IMG/VR virus record: IMGVR_UViG_3300045988_092923
Coordinates: 1-34,818 of that record
From: a virus
Direction: 5' to 3' (one strand)
DNA length: 34,818 nt
Within the stretch, counting starts at the first letter, position 1. Every line of letters begins with the position of its first letter. The translations under genes and the position numbers were made by a program. The notes beneath the pieces are model-generated. The model saw only the letters and a list, made by a program, of their open reading frames with translations, searched no databases and was not told the DNA's origin. Positions 1 through 6,896 of this stretch are shown piece after piece.

Positions 1-89
1 CGACCCAGGAGCGCAGGCGCTCGGCGAGAATGCATGGGCGGCGCAGGTCACTTGGAAGACGCGCTGTCAACTCGTCACCCTGACGCACG
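1..89. repeat. Terminal direct repeat, copy A (identical to 34730..34818); circular-assembly overlap
   Basis: Read directly. cgacccaggagcgcaggcgctcggcgagaatgcatgggcggcgcaggtcacttggaagacgcgctgtcaactcgtcaccctgacgcacg occurs at both window ends. Confidence 0.95.
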
Positions 90-325
90 GTGATGCGGCA
101 CTTCCCGTCATCGTCATACCTGAGTCCGAACACCTCGCCATGCCCTCCGTACTTGGTCACGCACCTGTCCCCCACGTGCCACGGCTCGCCCTTCGCGTCG
201 GTCGGCAACTCGACGTAGCGGTCTTCTAGCTCCTTGGCCCACTTACGGGCGAAAGTGGCTGCGGTTTTTGCGTAAATCGTTCCGCTGTCGTAGCACTCCT
301 CCCACTCAACCGCCATGTCGCGCAT
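1..325 (-). CDS. Hypothetical protein, 5' part of a 134-aa gene that spans the contig junction
   Basis: Hand translation from ATG at 325 (alternative ATG at 316): MRDMAVEWEECYDSGTIYAKTAATFARKWAKELEDRYVELPTDAKGEPWHVGDRCVTKYGG... The frame stays open to base 1 and continues at 34729..34650 in the unit genome. It is absent from the ORF track because it runs off the window edge. Confidence 0.6.
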   Translation of the reverse strand, partial: MRDMAVEWEECYDSGTIYAKTAATFARKWAKELEDRYVELPTDAKGEPWHVGDRCVTKYGGHGEVFGLRYDDDGKCRITVRQGDELTARLPSDLRRPCILAERLRSWV

Positions 326-332
326 CTCGTCG

Positions 333-599
333 CTAATATTTGCCATCTTCTACCGCCTTCCTAACCATCATCCTCTTGGCCATGTGCCAGCATTTCTTGG
401 CCTTTCTGAGGTCTTTCACCTCGTCATCCTTAAGCCCAGCCCTGTCGAGGTACTTGAGCGCGGAGCCTACCGAGAAGTACACGGCCATCTTGGGCGATAC
501 GCGGTACATCGCATCTATGCACTCAACGCCGTCGCTCTGGTAGTGGCTTGGGTGCTCTACCTCGTCCATCGAATCGTCGCTATATGACATCTCACTCAC
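333..599 (-). CDS. DUF3310-like phage protein
   Basis: The 88-aa ORF carries HPSHYQSDGVECIDAM...ALKYLDRAGLK...DLRKAKKCWHM, the pattern typical of DUF3310 (SaV-like) proteins. The GTG at 599 overlaps the upstream stop (GTGA). An alternative ATG lies at 590. Confidence 0.7.
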   Translation of the reverse strand: MSEMSYSDDSMDEVEHPSHYQSDGVECIDAMYRVSPKMAVYFSVGSALKYLDRAGLKDDEVKDLRKAKKCWHMAKRMMVRKAVEDGKY

Positions 600-709
600 C
601 GTCCGTTCATCATCAAGGCCAGAAGTGCGGCGCAGAACGCGAGGAACGCGATTACGTCACCGAAGTTAACCGCTGGGTTGAATGGGTCTGGCAGAAGCCA
701 ATAAAGCAT
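596..709 (-). CDS. Small hydrophobic protein (37 aa)
   Basis: Hand translation gives MLYWLLPDPFNPAVNFGDVIAFLAFCAALLALMMNGR. It has a strong RBS (gagagaaaggaacgaacATG), its stop overlaps the next start, and it contains one predicted TM helix. It is below the ORF-track size cut-off. Confidence 0.5.
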   Translation of the reverse strand: MLYWLLPDPFNPAVNFGDVIAFLAFCAALLALMMNGR

Positions 710-735
710 GTTCGTTCCTTTCTCTCATTGCCGCG

Positions 736-882
736 CTACTCGTAAGTGTTGTACTTTGCGCCGTTGCCCATTGCCTTGCGGTAGCGGTTTATTGTGGCCT
801 TCAGGAATGCGCGGCGCTTGCCGTTGCTTTCATTCTTAAGTTCGTTCTCAAGCTTCTTGATATCGTTCTCGGTGACTTTCAT
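736..882 (-). CDS. Hypothetical protein (48 aa)
   Basis: The internal start MKVTENDIKKLENELK... is preceded by gggaagggaaaggaaaacaaATG. It lies directly downstream of promoter cassette P1. The track ORF start at 924 lies inside the promoter. Confidence 0.6.
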   Translation of the reverse strand: MKVTENDIKKLENELKNESNGKRRAFLKATINRYRKAMGNGAKYNTYE

Positions 883-904
883 TTGTTTTCCTTTCCCTTC
901 CCAA

Positions 905-966
905 CTTGCAACTATAGTATACACCTATATACCGTAGTTGCAAGCCAGATTCGGGAAAAACTTTGC
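905..966 (-). promoter_or_regulatory. Promoter cassette P1 (SigA-type): -35 TTGCAA (938-943), 16 nt, -10 TATACT (916-921)
   Basis: Minus strand reads gcaaagtttttcccgaatctggcTTGCAActacggtatataggtgTATACTatagttgcaag. It shares ATAGGTGTATACTA and the upstream GCAAAGTTTT element with the other cassettes. A perfect 10-bp inverted repeat, CTTGCAACTA (905-914) / TAGTTGCAAG (935-944), brackets the core. Confidence 0.7.
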
Positions 967-1454
967 TAGTACCAACCTCTTTCGTCCGCCATGCGAAGGA
1001 AGTCACCGCGAGCGTCGTGGTATGCGGCCTTCGTCACTGGCGAAAGCCCCATCGCGTCCATGTACTCGTCGGCGTCCTTGCCGTCCTCGAACTCGCACAC
1101 GTCATCGTCTAGTCCAAAGCAGCTGAGCACGTCCCAGTCTCCTTGGTAGCAGTTGATGTGATACTCATGGTTGCCCATCTCGTAGAAGAAGGCATCGTAT
1201 GCCTGCTCGTAGTCCTTGATGAAGTCGCGCTTCATGTCATTGACGGCATCAAGCTCGCTCATGACGTAATCTAGGTCGCTCTTTAGGCAGAAGGCCCCGA
1301 AGCCCATACGAATTAGCTTGTCCCCCTTCATGTCCTTCATGCTCAGCCCCATATCATCAAGGGCGTTGTCAAGCTGCTCCGAGCTGAATGCAAAAATCAT
1401 GGGAAGGTCGTTGACCCTCTTCGTAGTCTTCTCAATAAGTTCGCTGTATTTCAT
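966..1454 (-). CDS. Acidic hypothetical protein (162 aa)
   Basis: The start MKYSELIEKTTKRVNDLPMIFAFSSEQLDNAL... follows the RBS ggagagaggaagacaaccATG. The upstream extension in the track ORF (to 1562) has no RBS. The protein is very D/E-rich. Confidence 0.7.
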   Translation of the reverse strand: MKYSELIEKTTKRVNDLPMIFAFSSEQLDNALDDMGLSMKDMKGDKLIRMGFGAFCLKSDLDYVMSELDAVNDMKRDFIKDYEQAYDAFFYEMGNHEYHINCYQGDWDVLSCFGLDDDVCEFEDGKDADEYMDAMGLSPVTKAAYHDARGDFLRMADERGWY

Positions 1455-1576
1455 GGTTGTCTTCCTCTCTCCGTGTATTCCAGAACCTACGCACGCGGCG
1501 TGTACTTGAACTTGACTACCCTGCGATAGTTGCGCGTTGGTGGGATGGTGACAATCTTGCATCCATACGAGCCGTT

Positions 1577-1744
1577 TTAGTACCTGCGCTCGCTTCCACC
1601 TAAGCCATTGAAGAATCGCGTCTGCGCTGGGTCTGTGTAGTTCTCGAAGAACCTATCAGTCACGACCTCTTCCGTCACCTCGTAGGGCTTGCGGCTGAAG
1701 CCGCGATTCGTGGGCGCGTAGAATTCTGTTGTCATCTTGTACAT
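1577..1744 (-). CDS. Hypothetical protein (55 aa)
   Basis: Hand translation gives MYKMTTEFYAPTNRGFSRKPYEVTEEVVTDRFFENYTDPAQTRFFNGLGGSERRY. The RBS is gagagaaaggaaagcaaATG. It is the first ORF downstream of promoter cassette P4. Confidence 0.5.
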   Translation of the reverse strand: MYKMTTEFYAPTNRGFSRKPYEVTEEVVTDRFFENYTDPAQTRFFNGLGGSERRY

Positions 1745-1824
1745 TTGCTTTCCTTTCTCTCGGGGATTCGCAGTGACGGCCTGTCTCTCGATGGTATGTG
1801 CCGTTTGCCATTTCCCTTCCTGAC

Positions 1825-1880
1825 ATAATAAGTATACACTATTGTTTCAGAAAATGAAAGCGTTTTCGCAAACTTTTTAA
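1825..1880 (-). promoter_or_regulatory. Promoter cassette P4: -35 TTCATT (1853-1858), 16 nt, -10 TATACT (1831-1836)
   Basis: Minus strand reads aaaaagtttgcgaaaacgcttTCATTttctgaaacaatagtgTATACTtatt. It is related to P1-P3 through GTGTATACT and the upstream AAGTTTGCGAAAAC element. Confidence 0.55.
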
Positions 1881-1893
1881 AGGTAGTTTCTGG

Positions 1894-1922
1894 CATAAAA
1901 AGGACCCACCGAAGTGGGGCCT
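1894..1922 (-). terminator. Rho-independent terminator
   Basis: Minus strand reads GGCCCCACttcgGTGGGTCC followed by TTTTTAT. It lies immediately after the stop of the 60-aa gene. Confidence 0.8.
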
Positions 1923-1935
1923 AGTTGCCTTCTAG

Positions 1936-2118
1936 CTAGTCGTGGTTCTTGAGGATTTCGGTGAACTCGTCTGGGTCAACTTGGTCGATGCAGTCGATGT
2001 CGGGGAACTTCTCGCGCATCTCCCATGCCGCACCAGCGACGTCCCAGTTGTGGTAGTCCTCTCCGCTGTCGGTCAGGTAGTCGGCGATTGCATTCTCGTA
2101 GTCTGACAGGTACATCAT
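1936..2118 (-). CDS. Small highly acidic protein (60 aa)
   Basis: MMYLSDYENAIADYLTDSGEDYHNWDVAGAAWEMREKFPDIDCIDQVDPDEFTEILKNHD, with RBS gagagaaaggaacccagaaATG. The gene is flanked by its own promoter (P2) and terminator. Confidence 0.7.
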   Translation of the reverse strand: MMYLSDYENAIADYLTDSGEDYHNWDVAGAAWEMREKFPDIDCIDQVDPDEFTEILKNHD

Positions 2119-2149
2119 TTCTGGGTTCCTTTCTCTCTCTCCCTCACTT

Positions 2150-2210
2150 GCTGATACTAGTATACACCTATAACGTCTTGTTGCAAGGGAAAATCTGGAA
2201 AACTTTGCCG
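2150..2210 (-). promoter_or_regulatory. Promoter cassette P2: -35 TTGCAA (2181-2186), 16 nt, -10 TATACT (2159-2164)
   Basis: Minus strand reads ggcaaagttttccagattttcccTTGCAAcaagacgttataggtgTATACTagtatcagcaag. A 25-nt stretch, ATAGGTGTATACTAGTATCAGCAAG, is identical to P3. Confidence 0.7.
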
Positions 2211-2245
2211 ACATATGGGAGTGGCCCCCAGCATGCCGAGGGCCA

Positions 2246-2283
2246 CAAAGAGAGAAAGGTGCAGCGCTTGACGTGCCGCACCT
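2246..2283 (-). terminator. Probable intrinsic terminator after the sigma-like regulator gene
   Basis: Minus strand reads GGTGCGGCacgtcaagcGCTGCACC (one mismatch) followed by TTTCTCTCTTTG. A second hairpin, GTGGCCC/GGGCCAC, lies at 2221-2246. Confidence 0.5.
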
Positions 2284-2587
2284 ACATTCTACCACGCAGA
2301 AACCTCCTGAGCTGCTTGGCGGGTGATGTGCGCTCGTAATGCATTCTTCTCGCTATCGTCTCCCAGCTCTTGCCCTCAAGGAACCTCATGACGGCGATTG
2401 CCCTGATTCGCGCGTCTGGTATCGTCGCGATGAAGGCCATGACCTCAAGCCTCGCCGACTCAACGGCCCTCGCCTGCCTGTCTATCGCCCTCAACACGTC
2501 CACGCTTTGCTCGCGGCTCGCAACCCTGCGGAGCGCGTCCAACTCCGCCTGTAGGCTGCGGGCCTGCGAAAGCTCGCGCTCGGTCAC
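2282..2587 (-). CDS. Sigma-70 region-4-like HTH regulator (DUF1492 / ArpU-RinA-type small phage regulator)
   Basis: The 101-aa protein has an N-terminal coiled segment. It then carries IRAIAVMRFLEGKSWETIARRMHYERTSPAKQLRRFL, which resembles a region-4 HTH. The GTG start overlaps the DnaC-like stop (GTGA). Confidence 0.5.
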   Translation of the reverse strand: MTERELSQARSLQAELDALRRVASREQSVDVLRAIDRQARAVESARLEVMAFIATIPDARIRAIAVMRFLEGKSWETIARRMHYERTSPAKQLRRFLRGRM

Positions 2588-3423
2588 AGTCCCAGAATCT
2601 CCTTGGCTGCTGCCGTCCTCGCGGCGTAGTCAGAACGTCGGCGGTCTTGCCCGTTGAATGGCACTGGAACGCACATGTCCATGATGCGGCTGTAGATTCG
2701 CTGCTCGCCTATCCCGTCCGCCACCATGAGGTCGCGTGGGTTGATGTTCGTCGTGACTATAAGTGGCAGCTTGGAGCGATAACGGGCGTCTATCACGGCA
2801 GTGACCTGCTCCGTCATGTACTCGGTCTTCCTCTCGGTCGCGAAGTCATCGATAATCAGCAGGTCGAACCTCTGTAGGCTGTCGATGTACTCCTGCTTTC
2901 CAGAGAACCCGTTCGAGAGCTTGTTCACGATGCGCTGGAAGTTGGTCATGAGGCACGGCGTCCCGCTCTCTATCAGGGCGTTTGCTATGCATGCGGCGGC
3001 GAAGCTCTTCCCGCTGCCGACGTTGCCATAGAGCATCAGCCCCGTGCCGTTCTCCAGCATCTCTGGGAACTTCTCGACGTACCTCTTCATGGCCGCCATC
3101 GTCTTGGCGTCCTTGCCATCATCGTTGGCGAACGTCCACTCCCTCATCTCGGAGTCTGGGAAGCCAGTGCGGCGCATCCTGTCTACGCGCTGCATCCTCT
3201 CTCGTGCGCGCTCTTCCTCCTTCTGCCGCTCTTCGGCCTCCACCTCGCACTTGCACATGCAGTAGGGTTTGATTATCCTCCCGTTGAACTCGACCTCGCA
3301 CTGCTTTGGCGTGTGGCACTTACCACAGTAGAGAAGGCCGTCCTTGATGTAATCGTCCCCCTGCGGCTTGTGGTTCTTCTCCGCAGCCTTTGCCAGTCCC
3401 TCTATTATTCCGTCAATCTTCAT
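2584..3423 (-). CDS. DnaC/IstB-like AAA+ helicase loader
   Basis: Walker A is GNVGSGKSFAAACIANAL and Walker B is LLIIDDFATE. An N-terminal CxxC...C cluster is present. The RBS is agagaggaaggaaaacgATG. Confidence 0.85.
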   Translation of the reverse strand: MKIDGIIEGLAKAAEKNHKPQGDDYIKDGLLYCGKCHTPKQCEVEFNGRIIKPYCMCKCEVEAEERQKEEERARERMQRVDRMRRTGFPDSEMREWTFANDDGKDAKTMAAMKRYVEKFPEMLENGTGLMLYGNVGSGKSFAAACIANALIESGTPCLMTNFQRIVNKLSNGFSGKQEYIDSLQRFDLLIIDDFATERKTEYMTEQVTAVIDARYRSKLPLIVTTNINPRDLMVADGIGEQRIYSRIMDMCVPVPFNGQDRRRSDYAARTAAAKEILGL

Positions 3424-3438
3424 CGTTTTCCTTCCTCT

Positions 3439-4200
3439 CTATCGCGTCTTTGGCGCGTACTTTCCAAGTCCCAGAACCTTGTCAACCTCTTCGTCTCCAG
3501 TGCTCTGGTAGTAATAATCGGCGTCTATCTTCTTGTCGAATCCGCTCGTTGTTTCACGTGAAACCTTCTTGATGCTTCTATCGCGTCTCGCCCAGTTCCG
3601 AATCGTCGCCAGATGGTTCTTGTAGCTCTTTCCAGTAGAAGCCATGTAGGCGCTGAGCCTTTCAATTCTCTCTTCCCAGTCCGTGGGGAACTCGGCTTTG
3701 AGCTTCTCCAAATCGGTATCGCTGAGAAGGACGTTGGAGTATTCGCCGTACTTGTGGCGCGTCTCCTTCTTCGGTGCCTCCATATCTGGTTTATTAGGTG
3801 TGGTTACATCTGTGTTTATATCTGGTATAGGTTCGCCCTCGTGGGCATTTTCATTTTCCCTGTAGGCAAAATTCATTTGCCCTTTTGTACAAATGGAAAG
3901 TCCCTTTTCGGCAAGTGCATACCACCTCGTGCGGTCATAGGCCGACTTGTTGTAGTTGCCGACCAGAATCATCCCGCCATCTTCCAGCTTCTTCAACGCT
4001 CCGCGAATCTGTTTGTCAGTGAGGTATGGAAACAGCTCAGCAAATGCCCTGACCGAGTTGTATGTCCAGTACCTGCCGTCGTGGAAGTTTGTCTCGTTGG
4101 CGCGGTTGTGCTCAATCCAGTACGCGAGGTTCTGGAAGATGATTGCCGCATTGACCCCGTACTCTTTGGCGATTTGCGGGTCGAACATGTGTAGTGCCAT
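3439..4200 (-). CDS. DnaD-like / phage replisome organizer replication protein
   Basis: The N-terminal winged-helix-like segment is GVNAAIIFQNLAYWIEHNRANETNFHDGRYWTYNSVRAFAELFPYLTDKQIRGALKKLEDGGMI. The C-terminal segment YKNHLATIRNWARRD is typical of DnaD-domain proteins. The gene sits adjacent to the DnaC-like loader. Confidence 0.75.
   Translation of the reverse strand: MALHMFDPQIAKEYGVNAAIIFQNLAYWIEHNRANETNFHDGRYWTYNSVRAFAELFPYLTDKQIRGALKKLEDGGMILVGNYNKSAYDRTRWYALAEKGLSICTKGQMNFAYRENENAHEGEPIPDINTDVTTPNKPDMEAPKKETRHKYGEYSNVLLSDTDLEKLKAEFPTDWEERIERLSAYMASTGKSYKNHLATIRNWARRDRSIKKVSRETTSGFDKKIDADYYYQSTGDEEVDKVLGLGKYAPKTR
3550..3565. promoter_or_regulatory. parS-like site 1 (TGTTTCACGTGAAACc, 15/16 to the consensus parS)
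   Basis: The 14-bp perfect palindrome GTTTCACGTGAAAC lies at 3551-3564. It is inside the DnaD-like CDS, where it encodes VSRET in a linker. Confidence 0.7.
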
Positions 4201-4225
4201 AGCCGAAAACTCCCTCGGTAAGTGA

Positions 4226-4261
4226 AAGCCCCGTCACAGGTAGCGGCTGCGACGGGGCTTT
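4226..4261. other. Stable GC-rich hairpin in the leader of the replication genes (terminator/attenuator-like)
   Basis: AAAGCCCCGTC (4226-4236) pairs with GACGGGGCTTT (4251-4261). There is a T-run on the plus side (tctattttt) but only TTT on the minus side. The loop segment GGTAGCGGC (4239-4247) is complementary to GCCGCTACC at 4307-4315. Confidence 0.5.
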
Positions 4262-4328
4262 CTATTTTTCATGCCGTGAAGGCTTGAAAACTATTTTAGC
4301 TGCAAGGCCGCTACCCTCGCATATCCAT

Positions 4329-4357
4329 ATTATAGCATCACGATTCCTCGATGTTGA
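4329..4357 (-). promoter_or_regulatory. Putative promoter with extended -10: TCAACA (4352-4357), 17 nt, TGcTATAAT (4329-4337)
   Basis: Minus strand reads aTCAACAtcgaggaatcgtgaTGcTATAATatgg. It overlaps the 3' end of the DUF1064 gene, upstream of the hairpin and the DnaD-like gene. Confidence 0.5.
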
Positions 4358-4682
4358 TGTGGTTGAGGTACGCCATCAATTTTTTCTTGAGGCGGTACTC
4401 TTGAGTTTTAATGCCCTTAACGTCCTCGACTACCTGCTTTCCGTCTCGGTAATAAACGAAGTCGGCGATGTACCTCATGCCCCTGTACTTCACCCCGTCG
4501 CACTCGAAGCTCGGCAGAATCTCGAAGGGCACCTGAAGGCGAAGCCCCTGAATCCTTCCAGCATCCTGCATGTCGCGGAGCTTGACGTATCGCTTCGCTT
4601 CCTTGGCACTGTCGAACTCGATTCCGTCAACGACCGTCTTCTTCGCGTGATATTTACTTGCCCGTCGAGCCAAAGCCGTCAT
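4338..4682 (-). CDS. DUF1064-domain protein (YqaN-like, putative nuclease/resolvase fold)
   Basis: KYHAKKTVVDGIEFDSAKEAKRYVKLRDMQDAGRIQGLRLQVPFEI...YIADFVYY matches the DUF1064 pattern. The start MTALARR follows the RBS ggagaggggagATG. Confidence 0.7.
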   Translation of the reverse strand: MTALARRASKYHAKKTVVDGIEFDSAKEAKRYVKLRDMQDAGRIQGLRLQVPFEILPSFECDGVKYRGMRYIADFVYYRDGKQVVEDVKGIKTQEYRLKKKLMAYLNHINIEES

Positions 4683-5064
4683 CTCCCCTCTCCGAGTCCT
4701 CAAGCTCGTCAACGCGCTCGAAACCCACGTAGGCGCATGGCATGATTACCAGCTGCGTTACCTTGTCACCGCGCAGAACGTGATATGGCGCGTCGCTGTG
4801 GTTGTAGAGCTTTACCTTGATTGGCCCCGTGTATCCCTCGTCTATGACTCCCTCGGACGTGATTCCATGTCTCGTGTTGAGTCCAGACTTGCTCTTGAGC
4901 ATCCCAACATAGCCGTGCGGCAGCTGGATATGGACTCCCGTGTCGATGACGCGAGAACCCCTCGCTGGAACCATCGCGTCAATCGGCGAGCGCAGGTCCG
5001 CCCCAGCGTCCGTCTCGTGTGCCCTCACTGGCATGAATGACCCTGCGTCTAGCTTAATCTTCAC
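4654..5064 (-). CDS. dut: dUTP diphosphatase (trimeric dUTPase)
   Basis: Motifs seen are AGADL, GVIDEGYTG, RGDKVTQLV and the C-terminal RGDDGFGSTG. The GTG start (VKIKLDAGS...) follows gggagggaagagc. The track ORF N-terminal extension to 5256 overlaps the upstream gene and is rejected. Confidence 0.9.
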   Translation of the reverse strand: MKIKLDAGSFMPVRAHETDAGADLRSPIDAMVPARGSRVIDTGVHIQLPHGYVGMLKSKSGLNTRHGITSEGVIDEGYTGPIKVKLYNHSDAPYHVLRGDKVTQLVIMPCAYVGFERVDELEDSERGDDGFGSTGK

Positions 5065-5281
5065 GCTCTTCCCTCCCGAAGCTGTATCGTGCGTACCTGA
5101 CCTTCTGGCCGTACCGATTGAATGCGTGCTCTCGCTCCTTGTGTATGTCGTGACCATCGTCCCTGAGCGCGAACACGACAGCCGCGAGCCTTGTGACTCC
5201 CAAGTCCTTGAACGCATCGACTGGCGTGATGCTACCGAACTCTCGTATGTAGTCAAGGACCATCTGTTTCTGACTTGCCAT
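5054..5281 (-). CDS. Winged-helix DNA-binding protein (HTH_39-like)
   Basis: The 75-aa protein reads ...GSITPVDAFKDLGVTRLAAVVFALRDDGHDIHKEREHAFNRYGQKVRYARY, resembling the PF14090-type pattern. The RBS is gagaggggggaagcgATG. Confidence 0.5.
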   Translation of the reverse strand: MASQKQMVLDYIREFGSITPVDAFKDLGVTRLAAVVFALRDDGHDIHKEREHAFNRYGQKVRYARYSFGREERED

Positions 5282-5295
5282 CGCTTCCCCCCTCT

Positions 5296-5610
5296 CTAAA
5301 CGTAGCTCCTTCCGATTATCTTCATCCAGTCATCGAGCGACCATCCGTAGTGCTCCATTGCTCGCCGCTGCGACACCTCCTGCAGGTACGTCTCGAACGG
5401 GCGATTGAAGTGAACACCGTAGCTCGCCATGTTGTGCGCATCTGGAGGCAGGAACACGTACAAGCCGTACTCGATTGACTTCTGTCGGTTCGGCCCGTGA
5501 AAGACCTCGTGCCGCACCAACCACGGCTCGCGCTCGTCGAACCACTGAATCATGATGCCGTGGCGCTCGTCGTACCACTCGCCGCACCCCAGAACGCTGT
5601 GCTCCTTCAT
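5296..5610 (-). CDS. Hypothetical protein (104 aa)
   Basis: The start MKEHSVLGCGEWYDERHG... follows the RBS ggagggcgaggaATG, with an ATGA overlap on the upstream stop. Confidence 0.65.
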   Translation of the reverse strand: MKEHSVLGCGEWYDERHGIMIQWFDEREPWLVRHEVFHGPNRQKSIEYGLYVFLPPDAHNMASYGVHFNRPFETYLQEVSQRRAMEHYGWSLDDWMKIIGRSYV

Positions 5611-6077
5611 TCCTCGCCCTCCACGTACTTCAGATTTGCTATTTCCTCGCGCGTGAGCACGGATATGCACTGCGCTTCGCATTCCTCACGCGCCCCGTCG
5701 ATAAGGCGCGAGAACTCCGACGAGTCCATATGCGAGGAACCCTTGTAGACGCGGTAATGAGTGAACTCATGCCCTCCAGCGAATCCAGTGCCGATTTCCT
5801 CGAAGTATCGGAAGTATCCAGAAACGTCTATGTCGGAACGCACGCTCACAACCTCGTATGGGGCGTGCTCCCTCAGCATCCGAAAATGAAGCTCCGAGGT
5901 CGGTATCCTCAAGACCTTCCCGAGCTGGTTGAGCATCGACCAATAGTAGGCGTTCTGGGTGAGCGTGCGCTTGCGCTTGCGCTCCTTGATTTCGTACAGA
6001 CGTTCCTTGCTGTCGTGCGGCTGCTCGAAAAGCCAATGGATGATTTCCTCGGCTGTGCCAATCATGCCGCCAATCAT
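5607..6077 (-). CDS. NinB/Orf-like recombination mediator
   Basis: RTLTQNAYYWSMLNQLGKVL and GSSHMDSSEFSRLIDGAREE parallel lambda NinB RSLDQNRKLWACLGDVSRQV and GQSTSRMRVGEFAELLELI, recalled from memory. The gene sits in the recombination module next to SSB. Confidence 0.5.
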   Translation of the reverse strand: MIGGMIGTAEEIIHWLFEQPHDSKERLYEIKERKRKRTLTQNAYYWSMLNQLGKVLRIPTSELHFRMLREHAPYEVVSVRSDIDVSGYFRYFEEIGTGFAGGHEFTHYRVYKGSSHMDSSEFSRLIDGAREECEAQCISVLTREEIANLKYVEGEE

Positions 6078-6137
6078 CCCGCGTCACCCCCTTTCAAGTG
6101 AGTGGGCGGGACGCCCTGAAGCGCCCCGCCGATTGTC

Positions 6138-6569
6138 TCAGAATGGAATATCGTCGCTGTATATGTCCATCGTGGGCGGCTGCTGGGCGAACGCCTGCGT
6201 CTGCTGCGGCTGGTACTGCTGCGACTGCTGCTCCTGCTGCGGCCTGCGGTTCTGCATCAGCTCGACCTCGTTTGCGATGATGTCTACCTTGGAGTGCTTC
6301 TGGCCGTCCTTCTCCCAGCTGGAATAATGGAGCTTGCCAGCGATTGCGACCTTCATCCCCTTGGTGAGGATGTCGCTCAGAGCCGTGGCGCGGTTCCCGA
6401 AGGTGACGCACTCGAAGAAGTTCGGGGCATCCTCCCACTGGCCCGAAGCGTTCTTTCTGCGGTCGTTCACCGCGATTCCGAAGCTCAGGACTGCCGTCCC
6501 GCCCTGCGTCGCACGAAGCTCGGGTGACCTCGTGAGATTTCCAGTGACCGCAACCTGATTAACGCTCAT
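6138..6569 (-). CDS. ssb: Single-stranded DNA-binding protein
   Basis: The OB-fold N-terminus is MSVNQVAVTGNLTRSPELR.... It has a Q/P-rich linker and the acidic tail DIYSDDIPF. The RBS is aaggagggcgcggacgATG. Confidence 0.92.
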   Translation of the reverse strand: MSVNQVAVTGNLTRSPELRATQGGTAVLSFGIAVNDRRKNASGQWEDAPNFFECVTFGNRATALSDILTKGMKVAIAGKLHYSSWEKDGQKHSKVDIIANEVELMQNRRPQQEQQSQQYQPQQTQAFAQQPPTMDIYSDDIPF

Positions 6570-6879
6570 CGTCCGCGCCCTCCTTGCCGTCATCGGCCTT
6601 CTTCTTGTCCATAAGCTCGCGAAGCTTGCTCTCGTAGTCCTTTGGGAAAGCGTACTTTAAGATTGTCGCGACCTCAGCTTGGCTGCCAAAGTAAATGTCA
6701 TTCCCGTAGAAGTCGGTCGCGGCGTTAAACATCGCCTCCTTCAGCATCGCCGCCTTGTATGCAAGCTCCAGAATCGACTTGTACTCGCTTCTGGCGATTG
6801 TGACGGTTCCATCTGACATTCCGTTGCCCCCCTTGTTCACGTTGATTTCGATGTTGCTGTTGTCGTCGTTACCAAGCAT
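6559..6879 (-). CDS. Hypothetical protein (106 aa)
   Basis: The RBS is gagaggagaatcagacATG. The gene fills the gap between the annealase and SSB genes and has no recognised motif. Confidence 0.65.
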   Translation of the reverse strand: MLGNDDNSNIEINVNKGGNGMSDGTVTIARSEYKSILELAYKAAMLKEAMFNAATDFYGNDIYFGSQAEVATILKYAFPKDYESKLRELMDKKKADDGKEGADDER

Positions 6880-6896
6880 GTCTGATTCTCCTCTCT

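Noticed and set aside
1-89. The 89-bp terminal repeat as a biological direct terminal repeat or cos end
   Set aside because: The repeat lies inside a CDS that reads cleanly through the junction, and it has no packaging-site features. It is most simply the overlap of a circular assembly. Read mapping is needed to exclude a true DTR.
4654-5256. N-terminal extensions of track ORFs (dUTPase to 5256, 966..1562, 1936..2295, 5296..5682, 6138..6593, 20062..20460, 23856..24530, 15091..15513, 15447..15857)
   Set aside because: The extensions overlap upstream genes or promoters, are Arg/Ser/Thr-rich, and lack RBSs. Internal starts with strong GGAGG-type RBSs and start-stop coupling were preferred.
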